This document shows positions 1 to 12,994 of a stretch of DNA of 64,000 bases, in pieces. The notes under the pieces were generated by a model. The model did not search any database. It was not told where the DNA came from and saw only the letters and a program-made list of their open reading frames with translations. The position numbers and the translations under genes are program-made. Every line of letters begins with the position of its first letter. Position 1 is the first letter of the stretch. The stretch comes from Eledone cirrhosa (Eukaryota), in contig OZ024742.1 of the NCBI GenBank assembly GCA_964016885.1, positions 344,162,001 to 344,226,000 of the forward strand, written 5' to 3'.

Positions 1-71
1 GAACAATTTGTCAGCATTTTCTATTCCGTTTACCAATATATAATAACTTGTGTGTTACACCTCTATTCTTT

Positions 72-651
<580 letters not shown>

Positions 652-795
652 TTCTGCTAAAAGCAGTGGCAGCATTAGTATCATTGCCAACTAAAATAGA
701 AGAAGTATTCAATTACATATATTTATGTTGCAGTTTAAATCTCAAGTTTCACTTCTTCATTTGTAAATCTCACCATGTAAGGACATTGCCACACG

Positions 796-1314
796 GACCA
801 CCTCCACTACCACCACCACGAGCACCACCACGATACCACCACCACTACCACCACCACCACCACTACTACCACTACCACAACCCCACCACCACCACTACCA
901 CCACCACCACCACCACCACCACTCTCCCCACCAGCACCTCCACTCCCCCACCACCTCCATCACCATCACCACTACCACCACCACCATTACCACCACTACC
1001 ACCACCACTACCACCACCACCACTACCACCACTACCACCACCAGCAGCACTACCTCCACCATTACCACTACCACCACCACCACTACCACCGCCACCACTA
1101 CCATCACTACTCCACCACCACTACAATCACCACCATTACCACTACCACCACCACCACCACCACCACTACCACCAGCACTACCACCACCATTACCACTACC
1201 ACCACCACCACTACCACCGCCACCACTACCATCACTACCCCACCACCACTACAATCACCACCATTACCACCACCACCACCATCACCACTACCATCACCAC
1301 CACCACCACCACCG
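796..1314. repeat. Imperfect (CCA)n/(CTA) trinucleotide tract
   Basis: Direct reading; it produces the poly-P/H/T and poly-V/G ORFs. Confidence 0.95.
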
Positions 1315-1746
1315 TCATGGCGGCTGTACATCCTACACGGACGCTGGTATGATTAAAGGAATGCTAACCTAAATTAATTATAATTAAGTTGGTGTTTCTC
1401 TGGTGGCGGTGGTGGTGGTGGTAGTGCTGTTCTCGTGTGTTTATGTAAAGGGATTGGTAAAGGAGTGTCAGTATGTGTGGGAAGGAGATTGAGAGAGAAA
1501 TAAAAGAGGAATTACATGAAGAGAGAGAGAGTGTGTATGTGTGTGCTTGTGTGTGTGTGTGTGTGTGTGTGGAAAACTATCTTTTATCCTCAAATTACCA
1601 CTAAAATATTCTATTTTGTTAGTTTCAGTCATTTGTTAACTGTATTCGATATATTTTATTTTATTGTATATATGTCATTAAATCTTGCAGCCCCCTCGTT
1701 ATCGAGTATGGTTATTGCACGATATAACATTATTAATAATTATCAA

Positions 1747-1962
1747 AAGGGCAGTGGATTGGCAGTATCGGTAGAGGGTCGGACGCCTTGCTTTGTAGCA
1801 AAGAGTTACGGCTTTTTATGATCTGAGTTCAAATTCCGCCGAGGTTAACTTTGCCTTTCATCCTTTCGGGGTCGATAAATAAAGTACCAGTCACGCACTG
1901 GGGTCGATTTAATCGACTTTCCCTTCCCCCAATATTGCTGACCTTGTGCCTATATAAGAAAC
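1747..1962 (+). mobile_element. Full-length tRNA-derived SINE with 19-bp target-site duplication
   Basis: A-box-like tggcagtatcgg, B-box gagttcaaat, core gcctttcatcctttcggggtcgataaa (resembles the Nin-type SINE domain). TSD CATTATTAATAATTATCAA at 1728-1746 and 1963-1981. Confidence 0.9.
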
Positions 1963-2326
1963 CATTATTAATAATTATCAATTAATTCTATCATGCAATG
2001 ACTGTACTTGAAGATTTTTTAAAGTGAGGAAAGACTGTGCACTGAGCCAGTCCCACTCTGTGAGCGACAGTAGCTATAACCCGAAAAGAAGAAACGATCA
2101 ACATCATCGGCTACTATTGAGCCGCAGGTTTTATATCGGAGTTATGCCAGTTTCCTGAGTTGCCTTCTCCTAGAAGAATGCCATGACGAAGGCTAGGGGT
2201 CCTTCACTCCCAGTGGTATAACCACGCGATCGGGTATCCAGCCTGACTATTTATATGTTCCCGCGCATATACATATATATGTACATGTATACATACATAT
2301 TTACACATTTAGTGTATATATGTACG

Positions 2327-2357
<31 letters not shown>

Positions 2358-2370
2358 ATATAAATATATA

Positions 2371-5300
2371 GTAATAATAATAAATTTGAAGACTAAAATC
2401 CAAAGAGGGCTCGATAAGGATAAATATATATCAAATATATAAGAACCGTAGAGCAAATATTTATTAAAATAACAGATTAAAGTTTAAGCAAAGAATCGCT
2501 GCTTTAACCCTTAACGGGATCTTCTGAAACTAACAAAGTCAATCTGTAAACGCAGAAGTGGATATTTCAAAAAACGTTGCAACTGGAGGAAGACAGGAAG
2601 ACGATACTTTGGTTCGTGGAAACGTTCGCTGGCAAAGAACGGGCAAAAACGAATATAATACGTCATTAATAGGAGCGGTGAAAAACAATTACGCGCAAAG
2701 ACAGAACCACGTTTATGGTATAAAAGAGGTCGTAGACTAATGTTCTCTTAGGTGGTTCATAGAGACGTTCTCTGGCAATGAACGAAAAAAACGAAGATAA
2801 TACGTCATATGTGGAGCGTGGAGAACAATAGCACGCAAAGACAAAACCACGTAAATGGTATAGCAGAAGTCGTAGACTAAAATTCTAACTAGGAGACCGA
2901 ATGAATCTCCGCTACAGAGTTAAGAACAAAGTAAATAAATACAATACAGAAGTAATAGAAATAAATAAATACATACACGCAGACAAATACGTACATACAC
3001 AAGCATACGCAAAACACTTACCATAGGTATACAAAACCACGCACATATAAATATGTGTGTGTGTGTGTATGCGTGTATACAAATAAATAAATAATTATAT
3101 AAACGTATATAAATAAATAAATACGTATATAACAAGCGCACACACATACCTACATGTAATACCCGAATCTTCGGAAACGTAAGGCAACCAAAACATGAAG
3201 TACACATATACACACACCCTACATACGTACGAACCTGCATACTTACACAGACGCAAAACTCCCGTATACACATAGCCAAACCATATGTACCAGAATATAT
3301 AAAATTATACGCCATAACATAAACAATCAAATATACGTACGAGAAAGTATACGTACCTTCACAAAACATACGGGTAAAATATACTTACCTATGCAAATAA
3401 GTAATGGTATAAACAAAACATATACTTAGCTCCCACATCAAGACGTAAAATATCCACGTATAAATCGTACTATCCGTTAGGGTATAACGTGGGGCTGTAA
3501 TACAGGAAAGTTTTGTGCAATTTATGTTTACAAGCCGAAATTGCCTCAGATTTTTTGTTTAAGATGTGGTCTGTGGGGTAGAGTATTTCCAGGGCCTCAG
3601 CGGCGCAGAGGTCACATGGTCTTTTATTTCCGTTATATGATCTAGCCCTAGCTAGGATCTCCCAGTGTAACTTATATTGGGTGTGGTTGTCTTTTAGTCT
3701 CCAGATATAAGCTGAAAGTGACGTCATATTCCTTCTTAGAGGGTAACGAAAAGAATGGGTATGCATGTAAAGACGCTGCTTGAATCTATTGGCGGTTAAC
3801 ACAATGTAGGCCCTACGGGACGTGGGTGTTACAACCTTACATTTGTAGACAATGTTACTAGAGAGGCATTTCCCGGATAGGGGGCAATCAACCCGATTCC
3901 TACAATTACAGTTAGTACTAACTACAGGGTTGCACGTGTTCCTACGGCTAGGTAGTTTAGCTAAATTTGAAGCTGTGATGTTATGTGCAAGTTTAGGAGT
4001 CGTAGAGTAAGAAATTTTAATAGTATTTCTATTAAAAATTTTTACTATATTTATGTGTAGGGGGAAAATGCTTCGTAATAAGGGAAAGAAAGATCTTAGC
4101 TAATGGTGTCGCCACCTCCATATTATATGGTGGGTTATACCAACAAATGCGACGGGATCTATTTCTTCTAGGTCTATTTTCGTACTCTGTATATGCTAAT
4201 GCTACCTTATCGACAAATCCACTTCGAGCAAGAGCTTCATTGTAATAAGTGGAATGGTCGTTGAAAATACGCTCGTTGGTGGAAATACGGGAAAGCCTCA
4301 ACGAAACGTTTCTTACCAGGTTCTTGGTTATGCTGGCAGGATGGTTGGAATGCTTACTTATATAATTAAGCGTATCATTCGGCTTTCTATACGGGTAATA
4401 CAACCCATTCAATAAATTGAGAGTAACTTCGAGGTAATTAACGACCGAGAGATTGGCCTCCACCTGTATAGAGAGGTTGAAGACTTTAAAGAAGGCTGTG
4501 AGTTCTTTTCTGAACCTGTCGCAAGCACGAGGTCCGCACTTAGTCATGGTCAAATGACCATCGTCACGGTACAAGCCACCGCTCGCGTTGGGGAATTCGT
4601 CCTTGATAGAGAAAAGAAGGAAAAGGCCGATAAGATCACTAACCTCCGCAGAATCACTGGCGCCCATATTCACGTCGAATGGGATACTATTGGATTATTT
4701 AATCCAAATAGAGTCGTCGAAATTAATCACCGACTTTCGGACATTGAGGATGACATTGACTTCGAAATCCTTAACCACTGTGAGTGTTTTAGCGAAATTG
4801 ATAGCTCTAAGGAGAAGTGGTAAAGTGATGAAGGAGTAGTAATTGTTGATGTCGAATTGGATAAAACGGCAATGTTCCTTGTTACATATGCCGTTGAACC
4901 GCGAAAGAATTGTTCCACAATGCAAGAGGGGCCAAACTTCTAATTTCAGGTATAATTCTATCAAGAATTGTTTTACTAAGTCTACCTACGCATACACACA
5001 CACACATATTTATATGTGCGTGGTTTTGTATACCTATGGTAAGTGTTTTGCGTATGCTTGTGTATGTATGTATTTGTCTGCGTGTATGTATTTATTTATT
5101 TCTATTACCTCTGTGTATTTATTTACTTTGTTCTTAACTCTGTAGCGGAGATTAATTCGGTCTCCTAGTTAGAATTTTAGTCTACGACTTCTGCTATACC
5201 ATTTACGTGGTTTTGTCTTTGCGTGCTATTGTTCTCCACGCTCCACATATGACGTATTATCTTCGTTTTTTTCGTTCTTTGCCAGAGAACATCTCTATGA

Positions 5301-5430
5301 ACCACCTAAGAGAACATTAGTCTACGACCTTTTTTATACCATAAAAATGGTTCTGTCTTTGCGCGTTTTTCACCGCTCCTATTAATGACGTATTATATTC
5401 GTTTTTTCCCGTTCTTTGCCAGCGAACGTT
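2371..5430 (-). mobile_element. Penelope-like retroelement copy 1: 5'-truncated and frameshifted, with an inverted pseudo-LTR segment at its 5' end
   Basis: ORFs 4695-4964 (FDINNYY), 4032-4673 (MGASDSAEV, GLYRDDG, SNHP, WYNPPY) and 3470-3802 (GIY-YIG C-terminal part, CDLC). 4988-5430 is an inverted copy of 2621-3073. The 3' end abuts (TA)n. Confidence 0.92.
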
Positions 5431-6091
5431 GGAAATAAACATAGGAATGACCCAGCAGATAGGCAAATCAGAGAGGCCAGTGAAATAGAAATTAGAAGAC
5501 CAAAGCTAAACAGAAAGAATGAATGGAACAACAACAACACCCAAACAAACAACACTGACCTAAGAGAAGTATAAATAAGTAAATAAAATAAAATTAAATA
5601 AGATAAATAAATACATACACAAGCACAATAACAACAAGCACATAAACACACACTAGTCACCCAGCAGACACAACACTATACACACTAGTCACACAGCAAA
5701 CGTAACACTATACACACACGCAAACGCATGCGCAAAGAAGACAAAATAAAATAAACAAACAAGCAAATAAATAAATAAATATATAGACAGACTGAATAAA
5801 AAATGGCGTAGACATACAACACAACAGGAGGAAAAAATATAATACCACTGACGATGTTGCAGATGTGCAACGAAAGATTTATGTAAATTATGTAAACTAT
5901 ATATATGTGTTTGTGTCTATATTGTATCTGTATTATTTTTGACCGCCGGTCAGTCAATGGCAACATTGAGGACCGAGTAAGTTAGATCGCAGATATAAAA
6001 GACAGCGAGAAGCGAAAACCAACCAAACAGTGAGTGTGTTCTGTTATTAATTCTGGCAATATTACACAAATATGCCCCTCCCCAAGCATAA

Positions 6092-6231
<140 letters not shown>

Positions 6232-6449
6232 TATACAAATGAAAGTACAGCATATTCGAAGTTCGAGCAGCCGCTAAGCCAACGAATGCCTTCAGTAGTG
6301 CAGCCAAGCACTCGACAAGGTAAGTAAGACCTCAGAGTAATAACATACAATTCAAAGGGATTTGCAAATTGAAGATAGCGACCGGTAATTTAGCCGCGTG
6401 ATCTGTAACAACGAAAGAACTGACTAGTGAGAAAAATACATACACACAG

Positions 6450-6480
<31 letters not shown>

Positions 6481-6484
6481 CATT

Positions 6485-6612
6485 GTAATAATAAAAAATG
6501 TGAAAACTAAAGTCCAAAGAGGGCTCGATAAGGATAAATATATATCAAATATATAAGAACCCTAGAGCAAATATTTATTAAAATAAACTTTAATCTGTTA
6601 TTTTAATAAATA
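6485..6612 (-). mobile_element. Solo Penelope pseudo-LTR end fragment with a short inversion, inside (TA)n
   Basis: Matches 2390-2472 (ccaaagagggctcgataaggataaat...), then flips orientation (aaactttaatctgttattttaataaata). Confidence 0.8.
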
Positions 6613-6627
6613 TATATATATATATAA

Positions 6628-6713
<86 letters not shown>

Positions 6714-6768
6714 ATATATATAAGAGAGTGTTGAAGTTTGCTTGAAGCATTGTGGAATAATAAAAAAA

Positions 6769-7142
6769 GATTTTGGTCGTTTTGGATGCCTCAACAATGC
6801 AGATGGGTAAATCTCTGGGTAACAGAATCCGGTGGTGAAGAGATAGATGTAAGAGGACAACAGAGGCCACGTACCGTTCCTCTCCGACAGATTACTTTCC
6901 CCCTCGGAAAACCCCCCAGTTGATGGATGCGAATTCCGAAATATAGGTATAATTAAATCTCTCCCAAGGTAACTCTATCTCGTGTTATTATTTTTATTAT
7001 TTACACTCTTTCTTACGTTCCTCTACACACTATACATCTCATTTTACATTTCCTCTTACATCTCTCCCTTCATCACCGGATTCTGTTACCCGGAGATTTA
7101 CCCATCTGCATTGTTGAGGCTTCCAAAACGACCAAAAATTTT
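6769..7142. mobile_element. (TA)n-embedded element with ~90-bp inverted arms, probably a pseudo-LTR remnant of another Penelope-like family
   Basis: 6769-6857 is the near-perfect reverse complement of 7051-7140. A hammerhead-like motif lies at 6917-6948. Confidence 0.65.
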
Positions 7143-7216
7143 ATATATATATATTAAGCTGAGGAATTTACACGGGGTCAGCTTGTAAATTACACAGTAT
7201 TTACCTTTTTTTATAG

Positions 7217-7447
7217 TGGGATTTGGTATGTGACAAGAAAGCATTTGGAGCACTTTCACAGACCATCCTGGTGATTGGCATGACGATCGGGGCTTTTGCA
7301 ATACCATACTTCGCAGATCGCTGTGGTCGACGTCCTGTTATTATATTCTGCCAAGCAGGTATTTGGCTTTGTTCCTTTGCTGTAGTCTTCATTCCATCAT
7401 TTATTCCGTTCCTCGTGCTTCGATTTTTCATTGGATTGTTCGAACAG
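7217..7447 (+). CDS. SLC22-family (organic cation/anion, MFS) transporter, internal exon A
   Basis: Acceptor tttttttatag, donor CAG|gtaaac; 231 nt, phase 0/0. Encodes WDLVCDKK...YFADRCGRRP...LRFFIGLFEQ, containing the SLC22 WDLVC motif and the MFS motif A (D-R-x-G-R-R). Confidence 0.95.
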
Positions 7448-7876
7448 GTAAACTTTCAACTTTCACTGTTTTAATAATATAATTAATCTCATATAAAACG
7501 TTGAAGGCGTTTGAAAGAATACATTAAATATAATTGTTCCTACTTTTGGCACCAGGTCAGCAAATTACCCAGTACATTACTGGTACTTTATTTTATCGAC
7601 CCCGTAAGGATGAAAGGCAAAGTTAACCTCGGCGAGATTAATGATAGTTAGATACTTTACGATGGTGTGCTGAAAAGTTCCTGGTTCGGAATAAAAGAAA
7701 ATACAGGAGGATCAGTATGTCTCATCTGTTTGTCCACTTCTTATGTGGATACTTTATCTTTTGTTCTCCTTGCAAAATACTGGAGTCATTTCTATCAAAA
7801 TATAAACTTTCAGAAATATTTTCTTACAAACAGTCGACCATATTCTTCTAGTAACTTTCAATTTGAGCGGACATAC

Positions 7877-8069
7877 TACGAGACGGTGCTAAAAACTTCC
7901 TGGCTTTGGGTAAAACAATACACAGAAGGATCAGTTAATTATGATTTTATTCAACATATTCACCTCTCAGATTCACACACTTATTGCAGCAGTCCTTCAG
8001 TTTTTATTAGCCCTGTAGCCAGGCCTCTTTAGCAGCGATCAAGCCAGGAACTTTTCAGCCCCCCTCGTA
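7877..8069. mobile_element. Tc1/mariner-type MITE
   Basis: Imperfect ~28-bp TIRs (tacgagacggtgctaaaaacttcctggctt / aagccaggaacttttcagcccccctcgta) with TA at both ends. A solo end of the same family is at about 7658-7716. Confidence 0.8.
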
Positions 8070-8084
8070 TGATATCGTAAAAAT

Positions 8085-8390
8085 GAAGGCATGTGGCTTA
8101 ATAGTTTAGATGTTCGGCTCATGGTCGTAAAGTTATGATTTCGATTCCGGTGATTATCCTTGAACAAGGTATTTTATTTCACCTTGCACCAGTCTACTAG
8201 GTAGACAAAAACCAGCTGTACCTGTAATTTAATGCACCAGGTTTGTCACAGAATGTGTTTCAATGAATCTCTCTTAAGAGTACACGGATCCGCAGAATGA
8301 CAAACCACTAGCACGTTCATTTCACAAGTTAGTTGTTCTGTAGATCAAATAATTGGAACATACGTCGTCGGAACTGACAGAGGTCTAACA
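8085..8390 (+). mobile_element. Old tRNA-derived SINE, second family (degenerate)
   Basis: Head gaaggcatgtggcttaatagtttagatgttcggc...ttcgattcc and core ccttgaacaagg. Related heads at about 16919 and 17613; reverse-oriented bodies at about 11950-12160, 12370-12700 and 34170-34440. Confidence 0.6.
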
Positions 8391-8887
8391 TTCTCTCACC
8401 TTTCACACAAACACAAATAACAAAACAATATTTTATACTTATAAAAATATTATTTGTGATTTATCAAAGGTCTATGTTGAAGGTGTGTTTGTGTGGTCAA
8501 GTGGCTTTTGTGTTAACCTCGTCAGCATAGTATTGAGGGTTCCGTTCTTGAATTGGGCGATCTGTTATGTTCTTGAGCAAGACGATTAATGTTATATTGC
8601 TTTACATGATATGACTAGGTCAAGTATAATTTAAACACACAAGAAACCTCATGCGATACAACGTCGTAGGAAGCCAGTTAAATCTGCATAGTTGTGAACT
8701 GTAATTTTCTTTTCTTTAAGAAAAACATAAGGGTTTTTAGAACACAACAACAATGCAAATTAGACATTAAATATAAAAAAATAACGATAACAAAGTTGTT
8801 GGATTTTTACCTAGGGGATGTTTAATTAGTCCTTAATATTTCGGGATAAGACACCTTCATTATATTTCTGTTTTCGTTTTATCACAG

Positions 8888-9090
8888 GGCTATAGTGTTC
8901 CGACGGCGAATTTATCATTAGAAATTTTTCCAACGGAAAGGCGAGCCTTTATCTCAATGATCCGAGGATTAAACTGGTCATTATCTTGCTTGGTTTTTGG
9001 TACGTCAGCTTACTTGATGCGTGATTACAGCTGGAGATATTTCGCCTTGTTGGTATCTTTCACGGCACTTGTATTCATCATCGACATCAT
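8888..9090 (+). CDS. SLC22-family transporter, internal exon B (absent from the ORF track)
   Basis: Acceptor ttttatcacag, donor AT|gtgagt; 203 nt, phase 0/2. Encodes GYSVPTANLSLEIFPTERRAFISMIRGLNW...AYLMRDYSWRYFALLVS, with the E-x-x-P-x-x-x-R and W-R motifs typical of SLC22. Confidence 0.94.
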
Positions 9091-9244
9091 GTGAGTAGAG
9101 ATTTCATATTTTAAAACGGTCCACAGGGATTTGTGTGTGTGGAGGGGGGGGGGGGAACTTAAGTGGGGGAGGGCTCACGTACATAAAAATTAGAATACAC
9201 AAACAAAATTTTACATATCAAATTTACTTGGCGGAAGTAATTGG

Positions 9245-9378
9245 AATACTTTATTTTATCGACCCTGTAAGGATGAAAGGCAAAGTTAACCTCGGCAGGA
9301 TTTGAACTCAGAATGGCAAGGGCCATAGCTCTATGCGTCAAGGCATGGCGTCCGACCCTCTACTGATACTGCCAATCC
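9245..9378 (-). mobile_element. tRNA-derived SINE (same family as 1747-1962), partial
   Basis: tactttattttatcgaccctgtaaggatgaaaggcaaagttaacctcggc...gatactgccaatcc. Further partial copies at about 7531-7640 (-), 33255-33380 (+) and 35228-35290 (-). Confidence 0.85.
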
Positions 9379-9638
9379 TTTCAATAGGAATATAACAAGA
9401 AATGAGTTAACGATCATTTCATTAAATTACAGTGTTAGGTTCTGCTTCCATTTCACTATAGTATCTCATCTACGCAAAATATACACATATATACTACAAG
9501 AAGTAAGAAACTCCAAGGAGAGCTATACAGCAAAAGGTTTGCAGAGAAGCCCTCGCCCCATATAAGTTTTTTGGTCATTAACTCTTTACAAACTAATGGG
9601 GTCCAGCCACATCCAACTTATGACCAAGATGTTCTTTT

Positions 9639-9680
<42 letters not shown>

Positions 9681-9686
<6 letters not shown>

Positions 9687-9806
9687 TTATTAAAATAACA
9701 GATTAAAGTTTAAGCAAAGAATCGCTGCTTTCACCCTTAACGGGATCTTCTGAAACTAACAAAGTCAATCTGTAAACGCAGAACTGGATATTTCAAAAAA
9801 CGTTGC
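9681..9806 (-). mobile_element. Solo Penelope pseudo-LTR fragment inside (TA)n
   Basis: Near-identical to 2460-2582. Another rearranged fragment lies at about 35077-35184. Confidence 0.85.
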
Positions 9807-9812
9807 ATATAT

Positions 9813-10222
9813 ATGATTACTGTAATGGAGTCTGTGCTGCTGTACGGGTCTGAGACTTGGACACTGACCAAGAAACTCACTCAGATGGTGGATGGGTGCT
9901 ACACGGGAATGCTGAGAATGGTTCTGAACATTAATCAATATACACTGAGGATGAAAAACTCAGAGCTGTATGGCAGCCTCCCAAAGGTCAGCTCAAAAGT
10001 GACACAGAGGAGATTGAGGTTAGCTGGACATGCTCACCGTCATCCAGAGTTGACATTGCACTCAGTGCTCCTGTGGGAGCCCCTACATGGACACACTGGA
10101 AGAGGAAGACCAAGGTTAACGTATGTTGATGCCCTAAGGACAGACATGGTCTGTTGGAGACGCAGGACATGCCAGCGATAATGAGGGACAGAGACCGCTG
10201 GAGAGAACTCGTCCATTGTATC
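9813..10222 (+). mobile_element. 3' fragment of an RTE-clade LINE
   Basis: ESVLLYGSETWTLT...LRLAGH..RH...LLWEP.HG..GRGRP is the typical post-RT C-terminus of RTE-group elements. Confidence 0.85.
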
Positions 10223-10624
10223 AATGTATAGGCTTAGTTCCAGCTGTCATTATTCCTATGTTATCTTTCTGACCATCGCATTTGTTTCTTTAGTGGCAGT
10301 GGTGGATTATACACCGATGTGTTGTTTGCACATCCTAATTACAATACTGCTCCCAGGCGTTTCAAAATATTCGAGGCAGCCTCATGCAAGTTTATAGAGT
10401 ATTCTTATCTGTTCGACCATTGTACAATTGGTCATGGTGTTTGCAAATATTTACTGAAGGTAAATCAAACAAAAAGTCGACCCTTCTTCAAAGAGTGTAG
10501 TGTTGTGAGCCTTTGTATGGCTTCTACGTTTTTGTTTAATTATATTATTATGCTTAGTGATCCGATTATTATTGGCACGTATTATCATCATCATAACACA
10601 TATTTTTTTGCTATCACTTTTCAG

Positions 10625-11026
10625 ATTTTTAAAAGAATCGCTTCGGTGGCTGTTTGTCAACAATCATTTGGATCGTGCAAAAGATATCATCCGACATGCA
10701 GCGAAAATGAACAAATTAGAATTTGATCCGATTTGGCAGAAGCACGTTGAAAATGCAGGGGAACCTGTCCAATGTGATATCTTCAATGATAAAACAATTA
10801 GCATTCCACTCATGTCATCGAACGAGGAGAGAGAATCTGAGCTGGGAAAAAGTAGATCCATAAATTCTATAACTGAAATTGAGCCACCAGTAGTCACTAT
10901 TGAGAACACCACTAAATACAATATGAATTCTAAAGAAAATACAAGTGGCGAAGATAATCCCAGTTCTCTGACGCTGTTTACAGACCCAGCTTTAAGAGGT
11001 ATCATGCTAATACATATATATTGCTG
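10625..11026 (+). CDS. SLC22-family transporter, internal exon C (central cytoplasmic loop)
   Basis: Acceptor cacttttcag, donor TG|gtacgt; 402 nt, phase 2/2. Encodes FLKESLRWLFVNN...AAKMNK...TLFTDPALRGIMLIHIYCW, a variant of the PESPRWL motif. Confidence 0.94.
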
Positions 11027-11060
11027 GTACGTGTTCTCTGTCACTCTCTCGCTCTCTCTC

Positions 11061-11161
<101 letters not shown>

Positions 11162-11317
11162 ATGTCATTCACGGCTGAGAGAAAAGAGTGCTCAATACCG
11201 AACTAGAGTTTTAATATATATTTATTAAAGCTAAATAGTGAATCTTGTTACTCTGGAGTTTCGCCTGTTTATCATAGGATCATCAGACAAGAACATATGT
11301 GTATATACATTATATTA

Positions 11318-11496
11318 TGGCAGTATCGGTAGAGGGTTGGACGCCATGCTTTCTAGCATAGTTACGTCCCTTTACAGTCTGAGTTCAAATCCCGCCGAGG
11401 TTAACTTTGCCTTTCATCCTTACGGCGTCGATAAAATAAAGTACCAGGAATGTACTGGGATAATTGCTGGCCTTGTGCCAAAAAGTAGAAACAATT
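11318..11496 (+). mobile_element. tRNA-derived SINE followed by a (TATAT)n tract
   Basis: Same head and core as 1747-1962. A similar copy is at 16711-16895 (+). Confidence 0.88.
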
Positions 11497-11731
11497 ATAT
11501 TATATTATATTATATTACATTATATTATATTATATTATATTATATTATATTATATTATATTATATTATATTATATTATTCGTTTATTCTTGGATTGGTTT
11601 AAGTCATTATATATTCAGTAAATACTATTAGGAGGCTGACTGTCTGTCTTACCCAAGTGTGCATAGCTATTTATATCATGGAATGTCTTGTTTTCCTGGA
11701 GTAACTAAATGTAGCATATTAACTATATAAA

Positions 11732-11892
11732 CGGTCATGGGCAAACTGCTGCCCACGAGCCGCGTGTGGCCCGGTTGGCTTTCTAAATGGCACGCCTAAT
11801 TTCAAAATTGCCTTGAATGTTTTAGTAGTGTGGTTCACCTTATGAGCCACATCCTATGCGGCCCACTGCTCGAAAATGGCTGCCCACGCCTG
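11732..11892. mobile_element. hAT-type MITE (degenerate)
   Basis: Ends cggtcatgggcaaact / ggctgcccacgcctg are imperfect TIRs, with subterminal GGCCC motifs and a flanking ATATAAA(C) duplication consistent with an 8-bp TSD. Confidence 0.65.
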
Positions 11893-12180
11893 ATATAAAC
11901 CAAGAGAACGAGGAAAGTATGAGAGCATTTGTTAATGTTTGTGTTGCGTGTGTTGGACCTCCGTTGCTAGTGACGATGAGTGTCCCTGTTGTTTGAACAA
12001 CGGAGCACTTTGCCTTTGAAATTAACATACAATTAGTTGAGCATTCCACAGACACGTCTAGTTCTTCGTCTAGTTCTTAGGAAGATTCAGCGCAATATGG
12101 CGTGTACAGAGTCATGTCTTTTGAATTACAGGTACAACTGCAGTGATGTCATTTTTGTTCGCTTTATTCCAATTTTTCAG

Positions 12181-12315
12181 GGCAATCAATTCAATGTCCT
12201 ACTATGGTATCTACTTAGCCGTGACGTCATTGAGCGGAAACAAATATTTTAACTTCCTTGTGACAGCTACGTGTGAGTTAGTTACCATGTCATCCGTGTG
12301 GAAAGCCTTTGTATG
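12181..12315 (+). CDS. SLC22-family transporter, internal exon D (TM7-TM8; absent from the ORF track)
   Basis: Acceptor aatttttcag, donor TG|gtgagt; 135 nt, phase 2/2. Encodes (W)AINSMSYYGIYLAVTSLSGNKYFNFLVTATCELV..., with the YYG and GN-x-Y-x-NF motifs. Confidence 0.93.
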
Positions 12316-12994
12316 GTGAGTAAAAGCAAAATATATTTCCCTTTATAAAACCTTTGTACACGTCATGTGAGCGTTGGGCTTTCATCGATTTTGACGATGA
12401 ATGTGCTAGTTGGATAACAATCAGAACAAACTGCTCTTGAAATTAGCCTACAAGTAGTTGAATATTCCATAGTTACATGTACAGATAACGTAATTCTCAA
12501 AGAGATTATTTGAAGATGGAATGTACATGTCTGTTTCGTCGATAAGCAGTTCTGTTGGATGATCAACAGAATAAACTATCCGTGAAATTTGCATGCAAGT
12601 GGCTGAGCATTCGATAGACATGTGTATATCGAATGTAAGTTTTAGGTGATAGAACATGACACGGTCTATGACAAGGTTAGCCATTTAAATTCCAACTACA
12701 GTCAAACTTCCAAACCTTTTCCGTCAACCCATTTTCTGTCACAAGTCTTGGGTCGGACCGAGGCTAAGGTAAATATCTCTTACCTAACATGCCACGCCGA
12801 GGGATTGAACCCAGAGTCTAATGATTCTGAAACGAACTTCTTAACCGTTTGGTCAAGCCATGACCACAGTTGAGGAAGCCATGGTGTGATATAAAGGCTA
12901 TGTAGCTTCTATTTCTCGCAGATCTACTGTGTTCGTAAAGAATTCGTCGTTTATTCGGAACACTTTAATCATGGGTTTGACTGACTCAGGATAA

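Noticed and set aside
666-1352. 228-aa Pro/His/Thr-rich ORF (extensin- or formin-like)
   Set aside because: It is the translation of a (CCA)n microsatellite, with no splice or domain evidence.
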